DNA of 64,000 nucleotides from Protoeuglena noctilucae (lineage: Eukaryota), in assembly GCA_958009085.1 (NCBI GenBank), contig OY253677.1:868001-932000 (forward strand). The letters run 5' to 3'. The position numbers and the translations under genes were made by a program. Position 1 is the stretch's first letter; each line of letters begins with the position of its first letter. Positions 50,001 to 62,719 of this stretch are shown here, in pieces. Under the pieces are notes generated by a model. It saw only the letters and a program-made list of their open reading frames with translations. It did no database searches and had not been told where the DNA came from.

Positions 50001-51371
50001 TTGGGGTGCGCCGGCACCAGCGCCCCGTGCGTGGCGGCTGAGGCAATGGACACGAGCTCTCGACGAATGACGGCACTGGCCCCCCGGGCTGCCTTGGCCT
50101 CCTGTGCCGTCTCCATCTGCTCAATCATGCCGACCTTGTAGCCGCGGGAAACCAGGGTCTCCACCGCCGCCTCGACGCCGACCTCACTCACGCCCACCTG
50201 CCTGCGACAGGGTGGGGCAGGAGCTGTTCTCTATGACGGCAACCGACCCATAGCAGAGAGCATCCACCCGACCCGCTCTCCACTCACCGGCAGCCACCCA
50301 CGCCCGACAGGGTCATCTTCCAACCAAGGACGCGCGCCCCAATCTCCGCGTCCTCCTCATAGAGCTCGTAGAACTTGCCACACTGCACGTGGCGTGGCAA
50401 CTCCAACAGGGTCCCGTTGACTGGCTGGTGCTGTGTGTTCGTACAGCACATTTCGTCAACACGTGGCTCATCTCACCTTGAAAAATACAATTACGTCCAT
50501 GTATCTGCTCTTGATCTCCCAGTACTGCGCCTTGGCACCAGACAGCTTCCTGCGCACGCTGTCCGGGATGAGCGCCGTCCTGCGGATGTGACGGGTCACT
50601 GGCCGTGTTGTTGTTGTGTTGTGGGTTCGTGAGCATGTCGCCTTGTGAAGGCAACGGCACCAGCCATCACCTGGCGTCGTAGCCACCGTCCGTGGGGCGG
50701 CGGCCGCGGGCGTCGCGGACGTTGTCCGGCGACAGCCATGCAAACTGCTCAGATACCGCCTGGGCTCGGGCCTCCTGCCGCGAGAGGCATCCCTCCAGCT
50801 TGTCCAGAAGGGGCCGCGAGGGCGCACCGCTGGTGAAGCGGCGCGGCTGGGTCTTTGCGGGAGGGCGGGATCCCCGCAAAGCACTTGCCATCTTGCCAGC
50901 CGCATGGGAGGATCGGAAGGCATCCTGCAGGCCATGGACGGTGCTGCACGCTGAGTGACGGCCCCTGGCGATGGTAAGCTCGGTGCGCTTACAGCATTTG
51001 CAGTGAGGATTTGGACGATGGCACGCTGGTGTCTTGTGCGACGCGTCAGGCCCAGCGCGCCTTACCTCGTCCATGGCAGGGCTCAGCAGCAACACGGCAT
51101 CGGTGCTGTAAGTCGCGTTGGAGCAGGTGGGCGGTGCAGCATGCACAGCACGCGTGGCTGCAGTGGCAGCCGGACTCTGCGCGATGGCTGCGTTATCCTG
51201 CCCCTGCTTCGACAAGCAGCTACCTGCCTTCTGTTGCTGCTGCACGCACTAGGAAAGACGGGATGAGACACACCCAAGAGACGGTTTCAAATCTCCGTGG
51301 CGTGCACATGTTTGAACCCGCAAGCACCTCACCCGAGGAGCGAAGAAGCTCCGAACGTCCCCCTGACGCAT
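47074..51371 (-). CDS. MSH7: MutS homologue, MSH7-like (MSH6 family)
   Basis: PIP box MRQGDVRSFF, FAWL...RDARGRRP, QYWEIKSRYMDVIVFFK|CGKFYELYEEDAEIG...WKMTLSGVGGCR|QVG, RGYKVG, TGPNMGGKST, LVILDELGRGTSTHDG, FSTHFH, CPKSHG. Confidence 0.85.
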
Positions 51372-51865
51372 AGTACGTGCACAATAGCAGGCAGACAAAG
51401 GTGCAGCCGCTGCGCTTTCTCCGCAGGTCAGTCGATTCACGGAGTTGACTGTGGGACACAAGAGCCAGTGCGAGCGCGCAGTCCTCTGGTCCTCATCAGC
51501 GAACCCTTCACAAACATGCGACTCGTGACGTGCTCAGGGCGTGACCCCAGCGATCAGATGTGACGGACCGGGCGGCACGCCAGAGGGTCTGACGTGCCGG
51601 GGCCGGGCCCAGCGGTAAATCCGGATTCCCTGCACTTCCTCCGCATTAGCACCTCATCCTCTTCGCTGCGACCGGTTCCCGTGACAAGGGGCCAGCGCCG
51701 CGAGGCTCCAGGCGGATTTTGAAGCGAGCACATCCGTGCTGCGCGCTCCTGGGGCCCTGAACCGCGCGCAGCGGTGGAGGCCAGCTCCTGTCTCTGACGA
51801 GTAGTCGTAGCTGCGACTAACTGCGCGCTTCCCTTGCGCTAGCTACGCGCACAGAGCGAAAGACG

Positions 51866-54800
51866 ATGGAGAATGGGTTTGGGGGACGCGGCCGCGGTGG
51901 GGCGGCGCTGGATGGCGGCGACGGCTCCTACCTAGCATTTAATGATGACAGGGACGGCAGGCGACCGTGCGACGAGCTCAATTCCCCCGCGCATCAGCTG
52001 ATCCACGACCCCCGGATCCCACCAGCGCCTGGGCTCGCCGGCTCCCCTCCAAGCATCGCCGCCTGAATACTGCGCTGCATGTGCACCTACCATGCGGCGC
52101 TCGGCCCCGCGAGCGAGAGCCCTCGCCATTCGCAGCGACGGCCACGACCACTTCGCGATGGACGGGCACCTGGGCGACTTCCGCGACGATTTCGACGAAG
52201 GGGGCGTGGCGTTCGACGAGACGGCAGACGCTCTCGCGGACCGCATGGAGGGCGCGCTCCTGGACGGCCGCGCGGACGACGGCGCGCGGTCGCGTACCCC
52301 CGCCGACCGCGAGGAGGCAGAGCCGGACGAGCCGCTGCCCGAGTGGGCGTGCGCCTACTGCGGCGTGAGCAACCCTGCGTGCGTCGTGCGTTGCCTCAAG
52401 ACCGGCAAGTGGTTCTGCAACGGCTGGCAGCATGGGTGCTCGGCGTCCTGCGCCGTCTTCCACCTCGTCCGCAGCAAGGTGCGCGCGGGGCCTGGGTATG
52501 CCGTGGGAGGTCTTATCCGATCGCTGCATGCGCATTAAGCCCTCGCACCTGATGAGATGGGCGATGCACACGGGGTGTGATGGACGCCGCAACAGTCGAT
52601 GACTGGTAGCGTTGGTTCGTTGGCGTCTCTGCATCGACGCCCTCGTCACCCTCGCTGCCCTCTTAGAGCAAGGAGGTCTGCTTGCACCGGGACAGTCCCC
52701 TGGGTGAGACCATCCTCGAGTGCTACGCCTCCGGGGCTCGCAACGTCTTCACGCTGGGGTTCGTGCCCCTCCAGGTGCGCGGTGGCAGTGGGTGGGATGT
52801 TACTGAGTCAGCATGGCATGTGACTATCATGCATATGAGTTCTATGCTCGGCTGCCTCGTCTGGTCCCCGCAGTCCCAAAGCACGGTGGTCATCCTGTCG
52901 CGCAACTGCCAGGCGGGGGCGCCGGAGCTCAGGTGTGTGAATACGACGATGGCTCTCTGCCCCAGCTCTGCCACACGCACAGCCGCTGTAAGCACCCGTC
53001 CACTAACCCTTGCCTGCTGCTGTGCGAAATGGTGGAGCAGGTGTGGGTGAGGGACTCAGCACCTACCCCATACCCTCCTTGACAGGAACCTGGATTTGGA
53101 CCTGACGAGCTGGCAGCCGCTGATCGAGGACCGTCAGTTCGTGCCGTGGCTGGTGCGCGTGCCCCAGGGGAGGGACCTGGAGCGCACGCGGCCCATCACC
53201 CAGGCGCAGATGACGGCGCTGGAGGAGCTATGGATGCGCAACCCGACCGCCACGGTCGAGGACATCGGGTGACGAGAGGGGGGGTGTGGGGATGGTGGGA
53301 GTGGGAGGGGGGTGTGGGGAGTGGTGGGAGCCGAGAGGGTTGCGCTGAGCGCATGCTCACCTGCGCACTTGCTCTATCGGTACTTTACTCGTTAACTCGC
53401 CTCCTCTGCTCCTGTGTCTCAGGGAGAAAGTGGAGAGCGAGGGTGCGAGCCCCGTGTGCATCCGCTACGAGGACGCCTACCATTACCAGAACATCTACGG
53501 GCCCCTGCTGAAGCTCGAGGCGGACTACGACAAGACACTGGCTGAGGCGCAGAGGTGAGAAGGGGGGGGAGGGGGCAGTGTTGTTGCATGGGTCGCTCAC
53601 GTGACCTGAGACATGAAATCCCACACACTTCGCATGCCCTATCGCAGCCAGGCACATGTGCACAGGATGACACGCACGCTGTGCGTGCCCCTCACATCCC
53701 CCGCTTGCTCACCTCCCTTCCCAGGAAGGAGGGCATCGAGATCAGCTGGGAGGCACTGGGCTCCCGCCTCATCGCCATCTTCTGCTTCCCCATCGAGGAC
53801 AGCGACGTGAAGCTGGGCGTGGGGGACGAGCTGCTCCTGAAGCACCCCAGCCGCCCCGACTGGGTGGGGAAGGCCAAGGTGGCGTCCATGGACGCCTTTG
53901 GCACCGTCGAAGTCATCCTGCCGGGGTCCAGGTGAGAAGAGGGGGGTGGAGATAGTGTCGTGTATCGGTGCAAGATGGCCATGCTGGATGGGAGGGACCA
54001 AGGGAGGGGTGGGCTGGCGGAGCTGGTGGGGTGTTGCTCCCGCCCTTCTCTGGCCTGGCTCTCATTGCATTGTTCCCCGTCTCTGCACCACCCAGGGAGG
54101 TGCCCTCTCACCTGTCGTCCAACTTCACGGTGGAGCGCACGTGGAACGACACCAGCTTCAAGCGCATGCACACGGCTCTGACGCAATTCGCGGTCAACGA
54201 GTCGTCGGGTGAGGCCGTGGGAGCAGTGAGGCATTCAGGCAATCTCAGTGCTCACACCAAACATTGAGTTCTCTGCTGGCCACGCCCCGTGGGGCCGTGG
54301 GAACTCAGAGCTGTGTACGACATGTGTACACCCACCCCTGCTTGCCTCAGCCCCCACCGCACCCCCCATCCCCATCTCCCCCCACTCAGTCGCCGGCTAC
54401 CTCTACCTCCGCATCCTGGGCCACGATGCACCCGAGAAGCCCCTGCCCGTGCGCACCCCGGACAACCCCACGGCCCCGGGCCTCCCCAAACTCAACCCGT
54501 CTCAGCAGGACGCCGTCAAGTCGGTCCTGGCGCAGCCACTGGCGCTCATCCAAGGGAAGGGGGGCGCCAGTGCTTGCTTTTAACTGCCTCTGCCAACCCC
54601 ATGGGTGGTCTGTCCCTGCACTCGTGCCTGCTGCCACCACCCTCTGCCAATCCCTGCCATGCTTGCCCCCGCCCCCCCAGGCCCCCCCGGCACAGGCAAG
54701 ACGGTCACCTCGGCCACCATCGTCTACCACATCGCCAAGCAGAACGCGGGGCAGCAGGCGAGCGAAGGATGCATTGTTAACACACTTGCACTTTGCTTTG

Positions 54801-57167
54801 GTCATGACATGCCCCCCCCTCACACCCCTCACCTTCGCACCCCACCTGCGCCACCAGCCCGTAGTACTCAGTATCTCACCCCACCATCCCTCCGTTACCC
54901 CCAGGTCCTCGTGGCTGCCCCCTCCAACGTGGCCGTGGATCACCTGGCAGAGAAGATCGCTGCCACCGGTCTGCGCGTGGTGCGGCTGTGTGCCAGGGCC
55001 AGGGAGGACACGGAGGTGGTGTCGGCGAGCGTAGTGCCGCTCACGCTGCACTACCAGGTGAGAAAGTGTTGTGTGTGTGGTAGCTGAATGCCACTCACGA
55101 TGCACTACCAGGTGAGGGAGTCTGTGGTAGCGTGGCGGCGGTACCGAGCGAGAGGGTGCCAACGAGAGCTAAGGCACTCAAGGGACCTTGTTTAAGCACG
55201 GCAGTTTAGCTCACTCACTTGCTGTAAGGTACCTTCCCCTTCTCTGCTCCCCAGGTCCGCAATGCTGACGTCCCTGAGGCCTTCCGCCTGCGTGCGTTGA
55301 TGAAGCTGAAGGACGAGATCGGCGTGCTGCACGAGAAGGACTCGCGGGAGATGGCCAAGCTGCGCAACATGCTGGAGCGGGAGGCCCTGAGCGCGGCCGA
55401 GGTGGTGTGCTGCACGTGCTCGGGGGCGGGGGACCCCCGCATGGTGGGGCGCAAGTTCCGGCACGTCCTGATCGACGAGGCCACGCAGGCCTGCGAGCCC
55501 GAGTGCCTCATCCCGATCGTCAAGGGCGCGCGGCAGGTGGTGCTGGTGGGCGACCACTGCCAGCTGGGGCCCGTCGTCATGTGCAAGGCCGCCGCCAAGG
55601 CCGGGCTCAACCTCTCCCTCTACGAGAGGCTCATCCTCATGGGCATCCGGTGAGCACAGCACAATTAGGTATCGTAATATCCTTCTAGGAGAGGGCCATT
55701 CTCAGCGTATGACAGGCAGTGAGCGGGTCGCTCTATTGCACATGTGCACGTAACGAAGCTGACTTTCCCTCTGCCGCTGGTAGCATGCGCGCTGTATGCA
55801 CGTGCCCCTCTCCCTCAGCAACCCCATGCGCCTCATCCCCTCCCTCTCTCCCTCCCCAGCCCCGTGCGTCTCCAGGTGCAGTACCGCATGCACCCCTGCC
55901 TGTCCCTCTTCCCCTCCAACACCTACTACGAGGGCACGCTGCAGAACGGAGTCTCCGAGGCACACCGCACGCGGCCCGAGGTTGACTTCCCGTGGCCGGG
56001 TGAGAGACGCCTTGGCCACAAGCGACAGGCACACGATGAGCGTGGGAATGGCGCGACATGTTTAAGCACGCTTGCATGCACTGGATCGTTCCATCGAGGC
56101 GCGCAGAGCGCAGCGCAGTTGCCACGTCGCATGCAAAAACAGCTGCCCCCCCACCCCACCCCACTCCCCCAGGCCCGACCACGCCCATGATGTTCCTGGT
56201 GTCGCTGGGGGCGGAGGAGCTGAGCGGCAGCAGCACGTCGTACCTGAACCGCGCCGAGGCGCAGGCGGTGGAGAAGGTGGTGACGCGGTTCCTGATGAAC
56301 GGGGTGGACCCGGCCCAGATCGGCGTCATCACGCCCTACGACGGGCAGCGGGCGCACGTGGAGGCGGTCATGCAGCGGTCGGGGCCCCTGCGCCAGGAGC
56401 TGTACAAGGCCGTGGAGGTGGCGTCCGTGGATGCCTTCCAGGGCCGGGAGAAGGACTACGTGGTGCTGTCGTGCGTGCGATCCAACGACCGGCAGGGGAT
56501 CGGGTTCCTCAGGGAGCCGCGGCGGCTCAACGTGGCACTCACGCGCGCGCGGTACGGGCTGGTGGTCGTGGGGAACCCCCGGGTGCTGGCCAAGGTGAGG
56601 GGGGAGTGGGCGGGAGTGTCTGTTGCATCCCCATCTGCCTGTCTTTGTGGTCGCCTGACCATACAAGGTGTTCTCGCCACATGCATCTCTGGCCTGTTCG
56701 TTGCAATTTCTCCCGCTCTCCCCCCCCCTCAGCACCCGCTGTGGAACTCGCTCCTCACGCACATGTCCTCCCTGGGGTGCATCGTGGAGGGCACGCTCGC
56801 CCACCTCCGCCCCAGCACCGTGGCCTTCCCCATCCAGCGCCGGCCCTTCCAGTACGTCCCCGAGGCCCACCTCGCGCTCCTCTCCGCCCACACGGCCCAC
56901 GACGCGCCACCCCGCCCGGACTACGAGGACCCGGATGCCGCCCGCGCCCCCAACGGCGCCCAACCGCAGCCGCTCTTCAGCGTCCCCGCCTTCAACCCCT
57001 TCTCCGGCCTCTCCACCCCCGCCCGCCCCGGATCCCAGCAGTCCCAGCAGGGCCTGGCCCCGCCCTTCCTGGACCCCTTCGCCGCGTACCTCGGCTCTGC
57101 ACCCCGCAGCCAGGGCGCCTGGAGCGACTACTCCCTGGCATCGCAGCCCAGCGTGGCAGGGCGATGA
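51866..57167 (+). CDS. UPF1: Regulator of nonsense transcripts 1 (SF1 RNA helicase)
   Basis: CAYCG...[105 protein letters not shown]. Confidence 0.96.
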
Positions 57168-57967
57168 GAGTCGAAAAATTACCAGCGATGACGCGCCCAC
57201 GTGCCGCGAGGGGTCGCTCAAGGGCCCACGCAGGCAATGGCCACTCTGGGCTGTCGAGGGGAGCTGCCCGTGGCGCGACTGCCTGAGGACAGGGGGTCCC
57301 GGCACCCGCAGCTTTGGCTGGCCGGGCCAGTCTTTGCGGCTTGCGCGCACGGTGCCCTGCCGAGGCAGCAGGCAGGCGGTGTCTGCTCTGCGGGACCCAG
57401 GGAGGTGGCCACATACCTGGCCACAGCAGCGCACAAGTGCGGTGCTCGCATCAGCTGGGTGGCCCGCCTGGCCAATGGTCTGGGCACCCTGCTCAGCCCA
57501 GCAGCCGTGCTCAGAGCCGGCTGGGTTGCTGGGGAGGTGGTCCACTGGCGGGGCCGTGGCTGTTGCCGTGCCATGGGCCGTGCAGTGACGCGGTGCGGCC
57601 CAGGCAAAGCCTCAAGGGCCGGCTGCGGCGTTGGCAGGCACGGGGCTTGCCGGTGGCTGTCCAAGACTCTAGCATCCGCTGGGGGAGCCACGCAGCCAGT
57701 TGGATGGGGCAGGGGATGGGCTGATGGCACTGGGGGTGTTGTGCAGGACAACGCACCTTTGCAAGCAAGCAGGCCTTGCGGGGGAATGCAGGACGCTAGT
57801 CCCAAGCAACTCTTTGAATCAGACACAGGCAGGGAAAGATCATCCTGAGCAAGTGACGTTACAGCTCTCTCTACGACAGCTGGTGCAAGGGGCCATCCGC
57901 TGGCAAAGTCCGCGTAGCACAGACGGCCTGCCGCTGTGCTCACTGTGCCCAGTGAGCAGCATGCTCC

Positions 57968-58801
57968 TCACAGCACTAGCCTCGCCCCGCGCCCGTCCCC
58001 CTTCCGCGCCATGCTCTCCTTGCGCACCCGGGCAAAGTCGGTCGGGGCCGACGGGCGACTCGAAAGCGGCTCCCCCAGTCCCACGTCGTCCCCCGCATGG
58101 GACCCCGCGCTGTACAGAGCGCTGCCCATCGCTGCACGCGCTGGCATAGCCGGGGCCTGCGGGGGTCGTAGCAGAGGCAGATGTGGCGACGTGCGCCGGG
58201 CCAGGTCGCGCCCCGGCACGCGGCGGCCGCTGTGACCGGCACCTGTCGATTCTCCAGGCGCATCCTCCCAAATGGACTCTCCGCCAATTCCTTCTTCCCT
58301 GGCACCCGCGCGCCGCTGATGCTGCTGGCCTGCACCGCCCCGTTCCGCTCCATCAGCGCCCGGGCCCGGGACGCCCACGTCGAGTGGCAGGAGGACGGGC
58401 CCGGGAGAGTTCCTGGGGTGCGTTCCAAGACCTCGCGGATGATGCGCGCCTGGAACTCCTGCAGCTTCGGCAGCGCCACGGCTTTGCCCCACTTGCGGTC
58501 CACGCTTTGGCGCTCCGCGACGCTCGCCCGGGGCTGCACGTCCTCCTTCTCGAACGCAAAGCTTGACCGATCAAAGCCCTCCCATTGCGACGTGTCGACC
58601 GTGATGGTCGGGCGAAGCTGCGAGCGCAGAAGCGAGGCCATTTCGGGGGGCGCTTTCAAGGGGGGGGCAGCGCACACTTGCAGCTCCGGGACTGAAGTTG
58701 TCAGTATCAAAGCATCGATCAAGTCAAAGATATTCACGTCGAGACCCCGAACTGCGCGGAAGTCCACGCGCCGATCCGCACATGCACCCTACCTGCGACA
58801 T
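57968..58801 (-). CDS. Three-exon protein of unknown function
   Basis: MSQ|LRPTITVDTSQWEGFDRSSFAFEKEDVQPR...RMRLENRQ|APAMPARAAMG...RLVL*, with high GC3. The start is tentative. Confidence 0.55.
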
Positions 58802-59311
58802 CTGGCCTCCGTCGCGGCGACGGCCACGCCGTCAGTCAAGAGCGGCGCTCTCAGCACAAGATCAACGTTTATCGCCGGATGTCTGCCCCACGAGCGGCAG
58901 GAGCGACCAGCACGGCGCGAGCGCTGAGTGTTGAGTTGTGTACGCAATCCTATGGCTCTTACGAGTCGGTCCTCACACTACTGGTCCGTGTTCAATATAA
59001 GAAGCGCAAACATGGCTGACGGAGAACGTCTCCCCTATTCGTTCGGGTCCCTAAGGTGATGGCGCGTCGCCATCAGAAAACAGAACGAGATCCAACCAGA
59101 TCCAGCATACGACCCCGTCCAGGGTCTGGCAGGCAATGACATCAGCAAAGGGAGTTGAAAATGGACCCCACAGAAACATGGCACCTCACTTGGCCTGGGC
59201 CTCCTGCTTGGCCTGAGACCTGCACGCATGGAAAGGGTTCTCAGATTGCGAGGGGAGGTTCCCCATGTGTGTGTGGTGGCCTCTCTTCCCACACCCAATG
59301 CTGTTGACTCC

Positions 59312-59711
59312 TCACCGCTTCGACGAGGTTGCTGCCTCGAGCCCCACCAGCCCCACCACGCTCGCGACCGTGATGCCCTGGGCATAGACGCGGCTCTCGA
59401 TGAGCTTCAGCTGCCACGCCGTGGGCCGTCGTGCCTGCCACGCGATCAAGGCCGCCATCGAGATGCCCCACACAGACACGGCCGCCCTCAGACGGTTGCC
59501 GAGCACCCAGTCGCTCGCTTTCTCGAGGAACGTGTCGCCCTGCGCCGTCTGCCACGTGACCTCCCTCCGCTGCGGGAGATCCTCGAACTCCTGCAAGCGA
59601 CGCGAGAGATGCGCCCATGAGTTGCAATCTGGCTCGCTGAGACGGCCGTGTGGTGTGCCCACACGCTCCCTTCCATGCGCCTGGACCACGAGAAGCTCTG
59701 CTGCCCTGGCC
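59312..59711 (-). CDS. HIG1-domain mitochondrial membrane protein (5' exons unresolved, may extend to ~60044)
   Basis: DWVLGNRLRAAVSVWGISMAALIAWQARRPTAWQLKLIESRVYAQGITVASVVGLVGLE carries the HIG1 R.YAQ..T motif. Confidence 0.75.
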
Positions 59712-60333
59712 TGCTGACTAGCCCATCGAATCCACCATCCATGTGCATCGGCTAACAGACAAGTCATGCTCGATGACGCGTGAGAGAGCTGCGGCGCTCT
59801 GTGCGCCACAAAGATGGGGCGGAGCCGCGACAGCAATGCAAGGTCGCTGCGCGCGTGGTTCCTGCGATGGCCACGCAAACGCGGCACTCACCACTTCATG
59901 AGTGTGAGTGGAGCCAGTCGTCATTGCGAAGCAAGCAAGCCAGGAGGGCCGAAGGGCCCCAGAAGTGGCCAGGAAATAGATGCGTTTGTTCTTCTCTCTC
60001 TTTGACGACGCTGCCACGACGATTTCAGTCAGAGATGGCAACATGACCTCACGAGTCTGGGCTATCGACGACGCACTGCTCTGGTTCTCTCGTCAGACGA
60101 CGGAAACGTGGGCAAGGCCGACCTCCTCAGTCTGCCCGCTGGCCGCCGTGTCTCCAGTGCCTTGGTTGCTGTGCGTGTGGGAACCCACGAGCCGCAGACA
60201 CTGATCGTGGCGTCCCCTTTGGTCTCATCGCTGCCGGCGTGCGTCCTGCTGCTCCGATCTTTCCTGTTCCGATCCCGAGTAGAGAAGGCAGCTACCTGAC
60301 ATCCAGGACCCGAAGAGCGTGGCCTGGGCCACG

Positions 60334-62628
60334 ATGGTGGCTGCAGGGCAAGAGAGGGTCTTCTTCAAGGTGCCGCAGCTGCCTTAGGATCTCCACCGGC
60401 GCGCTGGACGGCTTGCGCGCTCAATGATGACTGACCAAAGGGGTGAGTTGTGCCTTTTTTACCAAGCGACGCCTGGGAGTGCTGGCGCCCTTCCCGCAGT
60501 TCCACGACGTCTCCCACCACACGGGCTCGGTCTACACGTGCGCGTGGAATTGCGATGGGACCAGTGTCGCTACTGGGGCAGGTTAGAGTTGTTCGCCGAC
60601 CCGCCCAGCTCACGCATTCGCCACACGCCTGCCTGCAAACGATCAACCCCTGGGCGGGCCCGCAGGGGACGCGACGGCCGCGATTTGGAGCGTGGACCAC
60701 ACCGGATGCCCCAGGGATCGTCCAGAGAAGTCCCTGAAGGGGCACAACAAGGTTGGTTGGCGCTGCGCAAGGGTGGCGTGCCGGCGTTCGGCCCGACCCT
60801 CGTCGCGGGCCCATCGCTGAGGCACTCTCCTCTGCTGCAGTGCGTGGACTCGCTGTCTTGGCATCCGAAGAAGCGCAACGTCATTGCTACGTGCTCCCGG
60901 GACGACAAATGGGTCGGGTTAGCAGCGACTTGTTGCCAAGCGGCCCTGCAGGCGTGGGCGCAGTTGCCTCGTTTCTTAGTGTCAGTCAGGTTGCATGGGT
61001 TCTAGTGACTGTTGTGCGCAGGGTGTGGGATGCGGACACGGGCAAGCTTCTTGTCAAGATCCGCACGCCGGGTGGCAACTGGCAGGTGCTGTGGCGGCCA
61101 GATGGGGAGGAGATTGCGACCCTGACGCGGTGAGCGAGGCAGGGGGGAGTCAGGGAATTTGAGTGGGCACAGGTGTAGCTGAGAACTATGACCTATCGGT
61201 CGCTGCCTGGCTGCTCACCTTCCCCCTGGATGTGATGTTCTGACAGGGTGAACATGGTTAACTTCATGGACACTGAAGGGACCCAGGCGCCTCGAGTGCA
61301 CACTGCGAGGGAGGAGATCAATCAGATAGCGTGGTCAAAGGTGCGGCGGGCGAGGGCAGATGTGCGCGTGGTGGTGGTGCGGCCGCGCTGGCGTGGGCAG
61401 TTGCAGGGTGCTTGGCTGCACATTCCATCGCCGCCCCGCCCCCAGTCCGGTGACCTCTTCATCACCACCACGCGGTCAGGTGCCGACGTCTTCGCCTACC
61501 CCGGCATGCGCCCCCTGCGCTCCCTGCAAGGCCACAACTTCAGCGTATTTACTTTGGCCGTGGACCCTACGGACCGACTGCTCGCCACGGGGGGGATGGA
61601 CGGTAGCGTCGCGCTGTGGAGCCTGGGTGAGGGCCGGCACTGTGCGCATGGATGAGGGATGCCCTGTTGCTACCCTCCGCCACTCTGCCACTGTACCGAC
61701 TCGCGCCTCCCCCGCAGACGAGATGTACTGCACGCTGACCGTGGCGGTGAGCGGGGGTGCCATTCGCGCCGTGTGCTTCTCCCCCGACGGCAGGCGGGCA
61801 GCGTTTCTGACCAACGAGGGGCGCGGGGAGGGCAAGCTCTACGTGGTCAGCACGGCCACGGGGGAGGTGCTCTTCCAGCACGACGTGCAGGCGAGTGGGC
61901 AACACCAGGGCTCTTGAGCTGTCCTTTACACTGCCGGGCAAACTGACTTGGCAAACGGAATAAGCGTGCCATGTGCTTGAATCACTTCAGTAGCTTCCCC
62001 CTGGCAATGGCGTCCCATCCGCTCGCGACGCGCAGGACAGTGCGGCGAGCGTGGCGTGGCACCCCCGAAAGGGCACCCTGGCCATCGCGGCACGCCTCAG
62101 CAAGAAGCTGCTGGTGGCGACACCCACGGACGAACCACCCAAGGAGCGGGCGGCGTCGGGGGGGCAGGCGAGGGGGCTCTCTCGTGTGCGAAAACATGGA
62201 GCTGCCTCGCATGCGTGGCTGGCTGTGAGTGCCCAGCCCTATCTGTGCCCCGTTTCACTGGACCCACAGTTCCTTACCCCCATGTGCAGGCCGCCAACGC
62301 CGAGCCCGCGCGCCCCTTCGCCTCCCTCCTCCACCGCGCCCTCGACGCCCCTCCCTTCGACCCGTACCGCCGCCCTCCCCCCCGCGACCACCCCTTCATG
62401 CCCGCGGCCGCACGCCCCCTCGACCGCTACGCCCCGCCCGCCGCGCCCGTGCCCCCCAGCCGGCGCGGCTTCCCCGACGGGCGATTCGTGGGGGACCCCG
62501 CCTACGCCCGGGGCCCGCCGCCGGGGATGTACGCGGGGGGAGGGGGCCACGTCATGCCGCCCAGCCGGGGGGGCGCCATGCCGGGGGCGGGCATGTACGG
62601 CTCAGGGCCGCCGCGGCAGATGCGATGA
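60334..62628 (+). CDS. THOC3: THO complex subunit 3 / TEX1-like WD40 protein with Pro/Gly/Arg-rich tail
   Basis: HTGSVYTCAWNCDGTSVATG, LKGHNK|CVDSLSWHP, VWDADTGK, EINQIAWS, LQGHNFSVFTLAVDPTDRLLATGGMDGSVALW, IRAVCFSPDG, SVAWHP. Confidence 0.8.
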
Positions 62629-62719
62629 GAGTATGTGTGTGTATGCGTGACGATGTAGGCATATGCACTTTCAACCCATGTGTTTCGTCACAAGTGCCTT
62701 GCGTTGAACGACCACTGAA

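Noticed and set aside
58785..58795. In-frame TAG upstream of the 57976-58767 ORF
   Set aside because: It coincides with the donor CAG|GTAGG, so an intron explains it.
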